Shown here one piece after another: positions 53,081 to 64,000 of a DNA stretch of 64,000 nucleotides. The DNA comes from Octopus bimaculoides (taxonomy: Eukaryota), in NCBI RefSeq assembly GCF_001194135.2, contig NC_068993.1, forward strand, positions 61,521,896 to 61,585,895, given 5' to 3'. Every line of letters begins with the position of its first letter. The first letter of the stretch is position 1. A program made the translations under genes and the position numbers. The notes under the pieces were generated by a model that saw only the letters and a list, made by a program, of their open reading frames with translations, was not told the origin of the DNA and made no database searches.

Positions 53081-53607
53081 ATTTGGACAATTTACTTGTT
53101 TTACTTAGATTTTGCATTTCTCTGTGAAACAAACCGTTGTCAGAAAAAGGCTGAATGTCTATAAAATGAATCTGTCATTGACCGTAGAGGGCAGAAGGTG
53201 AAGTATATAGTAATACATTAGCAAACATGATGAAATAAAATGAGAGGTTACTACAACTTAGTCTAGCAATATTCACAAGAGCAGTGAATATTGTAGCTAT
53301 GATTGAAAGAACAGAAAGATGTCATAGATTTCTGCTCTGTTAATGACTTAAAAAATAACAATTTAAAAAGAAACATTTTTATATGCCGCCCTAATAAAAG
53401 TTAGTGTGATGGTTGGACTGTTTTTGATGTGTGAGGAATACTTTTGTACAGGTCATATCTGTGAATATTCAAGCAGTATTTTTTTTTGGTGAGAAAATAT
53501 TCCTATTTTTCAATACTATAGAGTAAACAAAAATAATCAATAATGAGTGACAGACAAACGCTACTAGAAATACGTGGACATTAATCACAATTCTTCTTTT
53601 TTTACAG

Positions 53608-53821
53608 AGGAAATGGGTTAGGTGTTGCTTCAATGTTTGCCCGCTTCGGTAGCATTTTTGCACCTTTTATCCTTCAATTGTCATCTTACGTGAGATGGCT
53701 TCCTCTAAGTGTCTATGGCCTTTTGTCAGTGGTAGCTGGATTATTGCTGTTATGTCTACCAGAAACAAAGCACAGAGATCTACCTCAAACATTTGATGAT
53801 TTGAAAGCGTGGAAAAAATGA
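53608..53821 (+). CDS. SLC22-like: SLC22-family transporter terminal exon 9a
   Basis: tacag|(R)GNGLGVASMFARFGSIFAPF...LPETKHRDLPQTFDDLKAWKK*; LPET..LP.T motif. Confidence 0.93.
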
Positions 53822-54509
53822 AATAGTGATGAAAACGAAGAGGAGTTACGATAAAATAGAAAGGAAAAACAAACAAACAAAAATAAACTGTATATGCTTG
53901 AATTTATTAGGGAATTCTAGTTTCATAATTTTCTATGTTGATTCTTTAAAATAAATCATTTTGAAAACAAAACCAAGTGATTTCGTGTTACTTTTGAAGC
54001 TAATTAGCAAATACTTCATTAAATACTTCATTAAATATTATGCATAGGATTATTGTATCGTTTGTATTTACAATATTTTGTTATACGCATGTTATGTTTA
54101 TGTATATATACGTTCGTGTATGTGTATTTCTCTTTCACTCTCTCTCCGTTTGTCTGTATATATATATATATATATATATGGGAGAATAAACAAATAATAA
54201 CAACAGACGAGGGCAGGTGGTGTAAATAACAAAAGGATATATTAGTATGACGCTCGGGAATACGGAAAGTCTTTGACGTTTCGAGCTACGCTCTTCAACA
54301 GAAAGAATACGGAGACAAGGAGAAAAACACGGAGAAAAAAAATTGAATAGTGTTCAGTCAACGGTCAATCATATATATNNNNNNNNNNNNNNNNNNNNNN
54401 NNNNNNNNNNNNNNNNNNNNNNNNNNNNNNNNNNNNNNNNNNNNNNNNNNNNNNNNNNNNNNNNNNNNNNNNNNNNNNNNNNNNNNNNATATATATATAT
54501 ATATATATA

Positions 54510-54705
54510 TACTGACATGACACTCTGTCGGTTACGAGACGAGGGCTCCAGTTGACCCAATCAATGGAACAGCCTGTTCATGAAATTGAAATGCAAGCGG
54601 CTGAGCACTCCACAGACAGGTGTACCCTTAACGTAGTTCTCAGGGAGATTCAGCGTGACACAGAGTGTGATAAGACTGACCCATTGTAATACAGGTACAA
54701 CTCAT
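54510..54705 (-). mobile_element. SINE family C tail
   Basis: Aligns with 6118-6300. Confidence 0.75.
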
Positions 54706-55118
54706 GATTGGTCTTCGTTGCTAAGGTCACACTTTTGCCTTTTACTAAGAACCATTACTTTGAGCAATGATTGGAAGGTTTGCTTTGGAAATGTTGAAGA
54801 TATGCTGGTGACATGGGTTGTGTGTCACTATAAATGATATGACTCGTTTTTGTTTTCCTCTTCTTTGATTTGTTCTCAGCTGTTGTATGGGTATTTTATT
54901 GTCCGCTGTAAGCCATTTTCTATAAGATACCCTGACCAAAAGAGGGTAAGCATATGAAAGCCAATAGCATCAAATTTTAACTCCAGTTACATCGTAAACC
55001 CTACGTGGGTGTTCGCCATGTCGGAACTTTCGCTAAAATTAGAGCCTGCCCTTCTAAAAAGGAGCGGATACATTAAAAACTTTACTCCTGGGTAGGCTAT
55101 GTTCACGGCTGTAACACT

Positions 55119-55683
55119 GGATCTTTTTTAAAACGGGGGCCACATTTTTCATTAATGTTTTACGTAGTGTTTTTGGTACCGAAAGACTTTCAAACTTCGT
55201 ATACTTATTTATTTAGTGTTATAGAACAGAAAAATATTTTTGTATTCGAATTTATTTCATGTAAAAAATTGTCTTATTTCGATAATTTCAACCAATCACT
55301 GATAAGTATTCAGTTGTTTATATTTACTCCTTTGGCTGATTAAGCGGTGTAAAGCGCATTTAATTTCCATAGCTTCGTTTTGCTTTTTTCTTTTTAAATT
55401 TGCTGTTTTACCCTAACCCTAACCCTAACCCTATCACCGATAGAATTGTTTCAGAATCGTTTGTTTATGTAGTCGGCACTTAATGTATATCGGCTGAATG
55501 GACGTCAGTGATTGGTTGAAATTACAGAAATACGACAACTTTAACATGGAATAACTTAGGGATTTCTTTTTTTTAAAAGAAGACTAAGAGAAAAAGATGT
55601 TTTATATGACACATTCTACCAGTGTTCCAAGTTTCAAAGTGTTTCGTTAATGAAAAATGTGGCCCCCGTTTTAAAAAAGATCC
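55119..55683. mobile_element. MITE-like non-autonomous DNA element with perfect 36-bp TIRs and an internal (CCCTAA)n tract
   Basis: 55119-55154 is the exact reverse complement of 55648-55683; inner 19-bp inverted repeat at 55284-55302 / 55505-55523; telomere-type repeat at 55411-55433. Confidence 0.85.
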
Positions 55684-55950
55684 CTAACGTCATATTGAGT
55701 ACCCTTTCACAACTTAGATATCATTAACACAACGAGCATAACTGATTCAAAAACACAATGGGCGAAACCATTGCTAAATGTCTATAATCTAGTAAGTATA
55801 TGTACATACACGGAATGGAAGCACTAGCAGAATCAAATGAGGTTGTACCGTCTCGGTCGAAAATATCATCCACATAGAACATGTGTAAGTGTGTGTGTGT
55901 GTATATACACACACGTATATGCACATACACTTACATAGAGGCATGCACAC

Positions 55951-56025
<75 letters not shown>

Positions 56026-56488
56026 TATATATATATATCACGGAAACAGCCGAGTGTTTGTTTTGCTTTTGTCGAGTTATATCGAAGGGAATCAAAACTC
56101 TTATACTGCGTCTTTGTCACACGATATTGATAATTATGACACAGATATAAGTACTTAAATATTAACCCTGAAATAGATAAAAACTAGTTCCTTCAAAAAC
56201 CTGCTGGTTATAAATGGTAACTGAGGTAGAACTATTAAGACGTTAAAGTCAATGTGAATGTTTCAATGAACTGTAAGGGGAGATAACACTGTTCATTGTT
56301 ACTGAAAGTAAGTTCAGTTAAAGTGACATCTGAAATCTAAGGGGACGTAACTACACGAACGTCTCATTCTTTTGTAATTCAATCCCTATTCATGCTTCTC
56401 CATTTGCAGTATTTTTCTTTTTTGTTAAATCGTGGACATGCATTTCTGTAAATGCATATGCGTATGTGTGTTTGTGTGTGTGTGTGTG

Positions 56489-56562
<74 letters not shown>

Positions 56563-56909
56563 TGTTAGTGACTAAATGCTAACTAATCAAGAGAACCATT
56601 ATTGCTGTATGTCTTTGAAAATGTAGGCCGGTGAGATGGTTAGCTTTTGTAGATACATGAAAAATACTTCGCCCGTGTAATATCCGGGATTAATACAACG
56701 TTAATAATTTCCGAATAGGAAGCTAATTCTATTCAAGAATTTCTCAATGCTACTGACCAATTAAACTTGATCAATTCTTTATATATTTCCTTTTATTTTG
56801 AAGTGTTTTATTGAACATTCGAAACTATTGAACTATTAAAACAAATGATTAATAGGAGAATTCTAGAAATACTTGTATCTAAATTGATCTAAATTACTTT
56901 TGTTTTCAG

Positions 56910-57183
56910 AGTAAACGGCTTAGGTACAACTTCATTGTTTTCCCGCATCGGCAGTATATTCGCACCGTTCATTCTTTAGCTTTCCTCCTATGTAAAATGG
57001 CTTCCTCTAAGTATCTACGGCGTCCTTTCGGTAGCAGCGGGATTATTGCTGTTGTTATTGCCAGAAACACAGGATAGAGACTTATCGCAAACTCTTGAAG
57101 ATCTGAAGAGTTGGAAAACACAATATTGTGTTAGTAAAAAACCCAGTAACGATGGAAAGAAATTGGAAGAACTATCCTTTTAA
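56910..57183 (+). pseudogene. Duplicated SLC22 terminal exon 9b with an in-frame TAG at 56977-56979 (pseudo-exon or recoded alternative last exon)
   Basis: ttcag|(R)VNGLGTTSLFSRIGSIFAPFIL*LSSYVKWLPLSIYGVLSVAAGLLLLLLPETQDRDLSQTLEDLKSWKTQYCVSKKPSNDGKKLEELSF*. Same splice phase as 9a and no indels. Confidence 0.85.
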
Positions 57184-57849
57184 ATACATTTCAGAACTTC
57201 ACTTTTAAAATGTCTCAACTGATATTTTACAATAAATAATTTTGGAGGCAAAATCAAATGAGTTCATATTTTCTTTTGGACATTTTGTCTAATAAATGCA
57301 TTAAATATTCGATTTGTTTTGAGTCAGCAGTACAAGGCCTGATTTTGAAGGAATAAACCGTGGTTTAATAAATTATCAACAAAATATTGATGTCGCTTCT
57401 ATCACCCTCACAGTTGTATAAGAAAATGTCATTTTGCCAACTGACCATTTAAAACTCTTTAGTCAATGAATTGCATATTTTCTTTCGAATGTAAAACGTT
57501 CGAATTTATATAATTAGATTTTAAAATGTCTTTTAAAGCTCTGGATGAAGACGGGCAATTTTTATTTCTCAACCTCGAAAGTATGACCTCGATTGTATTT
57601 TGAAATTGGAGATTAGAGAACCGGAGAGATTAGTGCAACGCATTTGTATTCGACGCTCTGCCGATGCTGTCAGTACGCCATCTTAAGGTGGAACTGCTAC
57701 GATTTATTTTATCGCCTCTCAATGACGTATATACAATTAGTATGATTCATAGATGGTTATGTTAATTGCACGCCGCTTCCATTGAGCATCTTGGATAGAA
57801 AACTATGTTCATAATTATTTATTTATTACCCATGCGGGGGATGGAGTGG

Positions 57850-57972
57850 GGCTAAACACAGAGGGGACAGACAAAGTCGACACCGGCGGAATTTGAACTC
57901 AGAACATAACGGCAGACGAAATACTGCTAAGCATTTCGCCCGGTGTGGTAACGCTTCTACCAGCTCGCCGCC
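57850..57972 (-). mobile_element. SINE family B, partial
   Basis: aaagtcgacaccggcggaatttgaactcagaac...cagctcgccgcc. Confidence 0.7.
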
Positions 57973-58689
57973 TGAAATGCACCCGATTTATTATTTGTCT
58001 AACGATAAATAAGATTCTACGTAATTCAGTAAAGCAGGACTACGTCTTAGAAAAATATAAAAAGAAGTGTAGACACAACCTCAGTTTCTACGTTACACCT
58101 TGAAGATATAAAATGTTATCTAATGTCTTGTACATATAAACGCTCGCAGAAATATCTGCACAATGATCTCCAGCAGTTGGTAAACTGTGTGCATTTCAGG
58201 CAGCGCACGTTTTCTTATACGCATTAAAAAAACACAGATTTAACTTCACAAAAACATTGAACGTTGAACCTACTAATGATCAGACAACGTATTCCTTCCC
58301 AAAATGATACAGCTGGAAGTTAAAGTAAAAATATTGACAAGGTGCCCAAATGTCATTGATGGTAAAATAAGAGAGGCGAAGTAAGAACAAATGGTTGAGG
58401 TTTCGTTTTCTTTTAAAATCCACTCAAATCCAGTTAGCGTTACCAGAATATCAATGGATTCTAAAGTGGCTCGCAAACATAATTCAAATAAGCAAAATAT
58501 ATAGTAAATATATACAAATTATAAAAATAAATATAGTGAGATGCGTGGTTTTGGAGCGTTTTAACTTCTCTTTCAAGCAGATACATATTATATCCTGACA
58601 TTTTTCAAAATTATATTTTGCATATTTGGGTTATGTTTACTGGCCACATTATCATTATTTTTTTTTATAGAGAATGATAACTTATTTGA

Positions 58690-59034
58690 ATTTTAAATTT
58701 ATGTATGAATATGTGTGCGTGTATGTATATATGTGTGTATAAACATTTCTGTGTATGTGTTTGCGTGTATGTATGCATACGTGTGACCTTGATAACTGCC
58801 ATGAGGCAGGAAAGTATACTAGTCCTTATATATTTTATACTCTATATTTAATACTCAATATTTCATATATTCAATAAGACATTCAATACTTCATTTCATT
58901 TTACTATTTATATTATATATTCCATATTCTATATCCCACATTAATTTTATAAGAATATAAATAAAACATAGAAACAGACAGAGTTGGAACTCTTTTAAAT
59001 AATATATGCATATATATATATGTATACATGGATG

Positions 59035-59068
<34 letters not shown>

Positions 59069-59520
59069 CATGTGTATATATGTACATGTGCGTGTACGTA
59101 TGTGTATATGTATATGAGTACATATATACGTATATGCTTGTATATGTGATATGCGTCCGTTTGACATATCCGTATATGTGTTTGTATATATATAAGTGTG
59201 TGTGCGTGTTTATGTGGGCCTGTACATGTATATATGTTTATTTCTGTAGACGTGTGTCTGTGTGCGTATGTGTGCGTATTTCCTTATCTGCGTATACACC
59301 TGTATATCTTGTATATGTGTATATGTGTAAACGTGAATGAGAGTGTGCATGTGTATGTATATACTTATCGACATGTCTTTGTGTTCCTCATATGTGTGGT
59401 TAAGTGCATGTATTGTTATGAACATCCACTTGTTTATCTATTCTAACCTATATTTATACATGTGTGTGTGTGTGTTTGTGTTTATATGTGTGTGTGTGTG
59501 TGTGCTCGTGTGGGTATATA
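58690..59520. repeat. Degenerate (TA/TG) low-complexity tract
   Basis: About 800 bp of mixed TG/TA dinucleotides. Confidence 0.85.
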
Positions 59521-60136
59521 TGCGAGCATGCGTATTGGTGCCTTTTGTTCTATGGGACTAGGCGACCTTTGCCCCGCTCTGCTTACTCTTGAAGACTGCA
59601 CACTAGCGCTCCACTGAAATCTATCTTTAACATTTTGTTGATAAAGTTTTTATTGCCTCAATACATATCCAGACATTCGCCATAACGATGGCAAATCTTT
59701 TCCTGCTTTTACTCTTCTTTTTCTTTTTATTTCTCCCCTTTGACCCCTAACCGCACCCTCCACCTTGCACAAAAGCGTTCATTGATTGTTTAAAGTTACT
59801 TTATTTTCTTTTTTTTTCTTGTTATTGACTTTTCTAGTCATATGGAATTCCTTGCGGCAGTGTAAACTTCATTGATATAATTTCAACCTGATGACAAGCT
59901 ACACTGCGGAGAATTCGTTACGTAATACTTGCATAATGAGCTTCAGCTGGTTACGAAATATATGTAGCTTACATTTTACCTGTTCTACTCCTTTAAATTT
60001 TGGATTATATATGTATATATATATATATATATATGAAAATTTGTTTTGGGATTTGAAAATGCACTTGAATCTAAAATGCGTGTGGTAGAGTATTCACAAA
60101 CCAAACTAGTTTCGACAATTTTTTTGCTTAACAATG

Positions 60137-60184
<48 letters not shown>

Positions 60185-60508
60185 TTGTACACGTTTTTTA
60201 GATTCAGGTGCATTTTCATACCCCAAAGCAAATTCTCGTATACATAATATATATATANNNNNNNNNNNNNNNNNNNNNNNNNNNNNNNNNNNNNNNNNNN
60301 NNNNNNNNNNNNNNNNNNNNNNNNNNNNNNNNNNNNNNNNNNNNNNNNNNNNNNNNNNNNNNNNNNNNNNNNNNNNNNNNNNNNNNNNNNNNNNNNNNNN
60401 NNNNNNNNNNNNNNNNNNNNNNNNNNNNNNNNNNNNNNNNNNNNNNNNNNNNNNNNNNNNNNNNNNNNNNNNNNNNNNNNNNNNNNNNNNNNNNNATGTA
60501 TGTATGTA

Positions 60509-60539
<31 letters not shown>

Positions 60540-60824
60540 ATGTGTATGTGTGTGTGTATGTGTGTGTGTGTGTATGTGTATGTGTGTGTGTATGTGTGTG
60601 TGTGTGTATGTGTATGTGTGTGTGTGGGTGTGTGTGTATTGGATTTTCAGATAAATTCGTTCGTTTCTTTCCAATGCCAATTGAATTTATCTTTTGTCTT
60701 TTACTTGGTTTAGTCATTTGACTGTGGTCATGCTGGGGCACCGCCTTGAAGGAGATGAAAACGTAGCTCAATGTTTATGATTTTGTTGTGTGTTCCTCAC
60801 CAGAAAAAAAAAAAACGATTAGTA

Positions 60825-61742
60825 ACATCTTGTCCGTCTTTATGTTCTGAGTTCAAATTCCGCCGTGGTTGACTTTGCCTTTCATCCTCTCATGGATTAG
60901 TACCAGTTGAGCACTTAGGTCGATGTAATCAACTTATCCTTCCCCCGAAATTGCTAGCCTTGTGCCTAAATTTGAAACCAATATTACTTACAGGCATTAT
61001 CCTCATTTGAACTGTCAAAAAGGCGGCGAACTGGCAGGACTCTTAGCATGCCAGACAAAATGTTTAGCATCATTTCTTTCGACTTTACTTCCTATGTTCA
61101 AATTCCGCCAAGGTCGACTTCACGTTTTAATCAATTTGAAGTTGATTAAATAAGTATCATATGAACATAGAATAGTTGTTTATCACACGAGTGGTGACAA
61201 TTATGAATATGGCAATCGGCACATTTTTGAATTGCCTTAATGTTTTTAATCTAACAGTCGAGTTGGTTTCATTTCCAATTTTCTTATCAATTCAACAGAA
61301 CATTATAGTAATTTAGTATTGGTATGTTGATAATTTATGCACTATTGTAATTTTTGTCAATTAAGTACCGGTGAAATTATTATTATTATTATAAGGCGAC
61401 GTGCTGGCTGAATCGTTAGTACGCCGGGCGAAATGCATAGCAGTATTTCGTCAATCTTTACGTTCTGAGTTCAAATTCCGCCAAGGCCGACTTTGTCTTT
61501 CATCCTTTCGGGGTCGATAAATTAAATACCAGTTGCGAACTGGAGCCGAGCTAATCGACTGACCCACTCCCCGAAATTTCGAAGCTTGTGCGTAGTGTAG
61601 AAAAGATTATTATTATGTTGCTTTTTTCTTCTTTCTTCAAATTTTCTTCCATTTCTCGCCGAGTGTTTTCCGTACACGTAGGGCATAGAAGCTCATTGTA
61701 TGCATTCCCAGTTTACACACGCAAATTTACAGGTAAAATATG

Positions 61743-61774
<32 letters not shown>

Positions 61775-61985
61775 GTTGTTGTTGTTGTTGTTATTATAAG
61801 GCAGCGAGCTGGATGAAATGCTTAGCGGTATTTCGCTCGTCGGTACATTACGAGTTCAAATTCCGCCGAGGTCGACGTTGCCTTTCATCTTTTCGGGATC
61901 GATAAATTAAGTACCAGTTGCGTACTGGAGTTGATCTAATCGACTCATCTCCTCCTCCAAAATGGCTGCCAATATGGTAAAATTT
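60825..61985 (+). mobile_element. Cluster of four co-oriented SINE family B copies
   Basis: Copies at about 60825-60985, 61017-61150, 61393-61605 and 61798-61985. Confidence 0.8.
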
Positions 61986-62634
61986 TGAACGAAATGATTT
62001 AAATATAGGTGAGTGTGCGAAAGAATACATATTACATATGTTAGACAGGGTAGTCCTTTGAGGGAGACTAACGTTACATAATGAAGGAAAGCATGCATAA
62101 TTTAAGTATTAGCAAATTAGATTACGAATATAAAACAACATCTGTTTGATTATAATTATGCAGATTCCAATTTCGTTTGACAAAGTCAAATGTGCATTCT
62201 GTTTTGCAATTGCAACGTTTATAAATTATTATTTATTCATAAAATTAAAATTATAATTTATTTATAAAATATATAACTATTCATTAACTTAATTCTGACC
62301 ACATATGCAATGGATAAATACATATTTCTATAATAGTTAATGTTTTCAAAAGTTAATTAAAGAGTAATTTCTTTAACAGTTATGCAGGATCTATTTGGTG
62401 TTGCACATCAAACACAAAGCATAGAATGGATATGATACAACTTGATTGTTTGAACAAAGGGCAGCGAATCGGAGGAGTCATTAGAGTGTCGCATAGAAAG
62501 CCTTTCAATATGTTTTATCTCACTGCATTCAAGTTCGAATCTCATCGAAACTAGCTGAGCAAATTCGGAGGACAAATTTCGAAATTTGAAAAAAAAAAAA
62601 AAAAGAAACTCGGATTATAATGTGAAAATGGTTT

Positions 62635-62845
62635 TTAAAATTTTGGCACAAGTCCAGCAATTTTGGGAAAGGGTGATAAGTGGATTACAGTGACCTCAGA
62701 ATTCAACTGGTACTAATTTTTATCGGCTCCTAAAGGATTAGGGTCAAAGTAGATCTCGGTAGAATTTGAACTCATAACGTAAAAACGGACGAAATGCTAC
62801 TAAGCATTTTGTCCAGGGTGCTAACGATTTTGTCAGCTCGCCTCC
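62635..62845 (-). mobile_element. SINE family B
   Basis: Family B core and tail. Confidence 0.75.
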
Positions 62846-64000
62846 TGGGGTTATGATGATATAATAATATTGTTTAAAACATTTGTTCGAGGACTAATGT
62901 TTATTCTGATTTTTGGTGTGGAGAGTTATTTGTAAGTTTTAATAAAGACCTGTTACTAGGTCTAGCAGACTCATCCTGTACAGATGCACGAGAAACGCGT
63001 GACTTAATATAAGAACGGAGGGAAATTAACAAGGGACACAATCCATTTTAAAACAATAGTTGAGCGAACACCAATATGTTAGTTGCCGTCCCTTTGCGTT
63101 GAGAAAACTGAATGAAAATAAACAATAAAGTCAGATCCGTGGTTTATGTATTCTTACAAGGCGTCAAACACAACCTGGTCGTTATCCACCAACTGCATGC
63201 AAGAAATCTATTAAGGTGGCGATTGTGGTTGTTACGGAACATTTTTCATTGAAGTAGTTCAGTGAACCAAGATGGAATTGCAGTGAGAGGATACGGAATG
63301 ACTTTTATCATAAATGGAGAGAAACGAGCTGATTCGATGTATAAGGGTGGAGGTGAGGGGGTATGAAGTAGAGGAGTAGAGAGATCAGGGGTAAACACTT
63401 CAACTGGTTATAATGGTGTCAGCTGAAAAAATATAAAAATATTGAAAATCTATGTTCATTGGGAAGAAATCAAATCTTATTTAATTTATTATCACTAAAT
63501 TCAAATAGAGTGAAGTATAACGTATTTAGATAAAATAAAATAAAATAAGATAAGATAAAGTGGAGTAAATAAATAGGCTGAATAAATAAAGCAGATAAAG
63601 TAAGTATATAAATTTAATTCAACAAGAATTAAATTATATGTAATATGAGGTAAGTGAAAGCTGGAAATATAATAAGTGGTCGCTAAAGGAATTGTTATTG
63701 AAGAGGGAAGAATAAAGTAAAAGAAAATAAGGTAAGGCCAGTATATTAATTCAAGTAAGCTTATGCCATGTCACAACTATGTTTCAGTGAACACACGCAC
63801 ACACACACACATACACACACACGGATACTTTATGATGATGGCCGTCCACTCGTGACCGAGGAAGACCATTGCAGATCTTCGAGAACATTGTGCGCTCTAG
63901 GACTAACTTATATTTTGCATTTGCGGCTCCGTTGGTGGCTAATGAGCCCTGCTCTTGACAAGCATACACGTTATTTCCTGTCTGCATTTTCTATATGCTG

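Noticed and set aside
55724-56158. His-Thr / Cys-Val repeat ORFs (also 59020-59561 and 60106-60771)
   Set aside because: Translations of (CA)n/(TG)n microsatellites.

Overview
AT-rich, microsatellite- and SINE-dense eukaryotic DNA from a gapped draft assembly. The repeat families and gene content best fit an octopod (coleoid cephalopod) genome; this is inferred, not proven. Left part (1-37.5 kb): a cluster of seven paralogous C2H2 zinc-finger genes (ZF1 partial +, ZF2 -, ZF3 -, ZF4-ZF7 +). In the complete copies, a short non-coding first exon is followed by an intron and one large exon carrying a ~370-540 nt leader, the whole finger array and a conserved 3' UTR. No KRAB/SCAN/BTB domain is visible. 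Right part: a complete 9-coding-exon SLC22/MFS organic-ion transporter gene (43212-53821, +, ~544 aa), followed by a duplicated terminal exon (56910-57183) containing one in-frame TAG. Mobile-element relics include several tRNA-derived SINE families, RTE-, Penelope- and Hero-like retroelement fragments, two copies of a Merlin (IS1595-like) transposase remnant and three TIR MITEs. Most notable observations: a decayed coding N-terminal domain in the 5' UTR of all six complete ZF genes; a near-invariant four-finger core shared by those genes; mosaic ancestry among the ZF paralogs; and the codon-conserved SLC22 alternative last exon blocked only by a UAG in an ADAR-favoured context.
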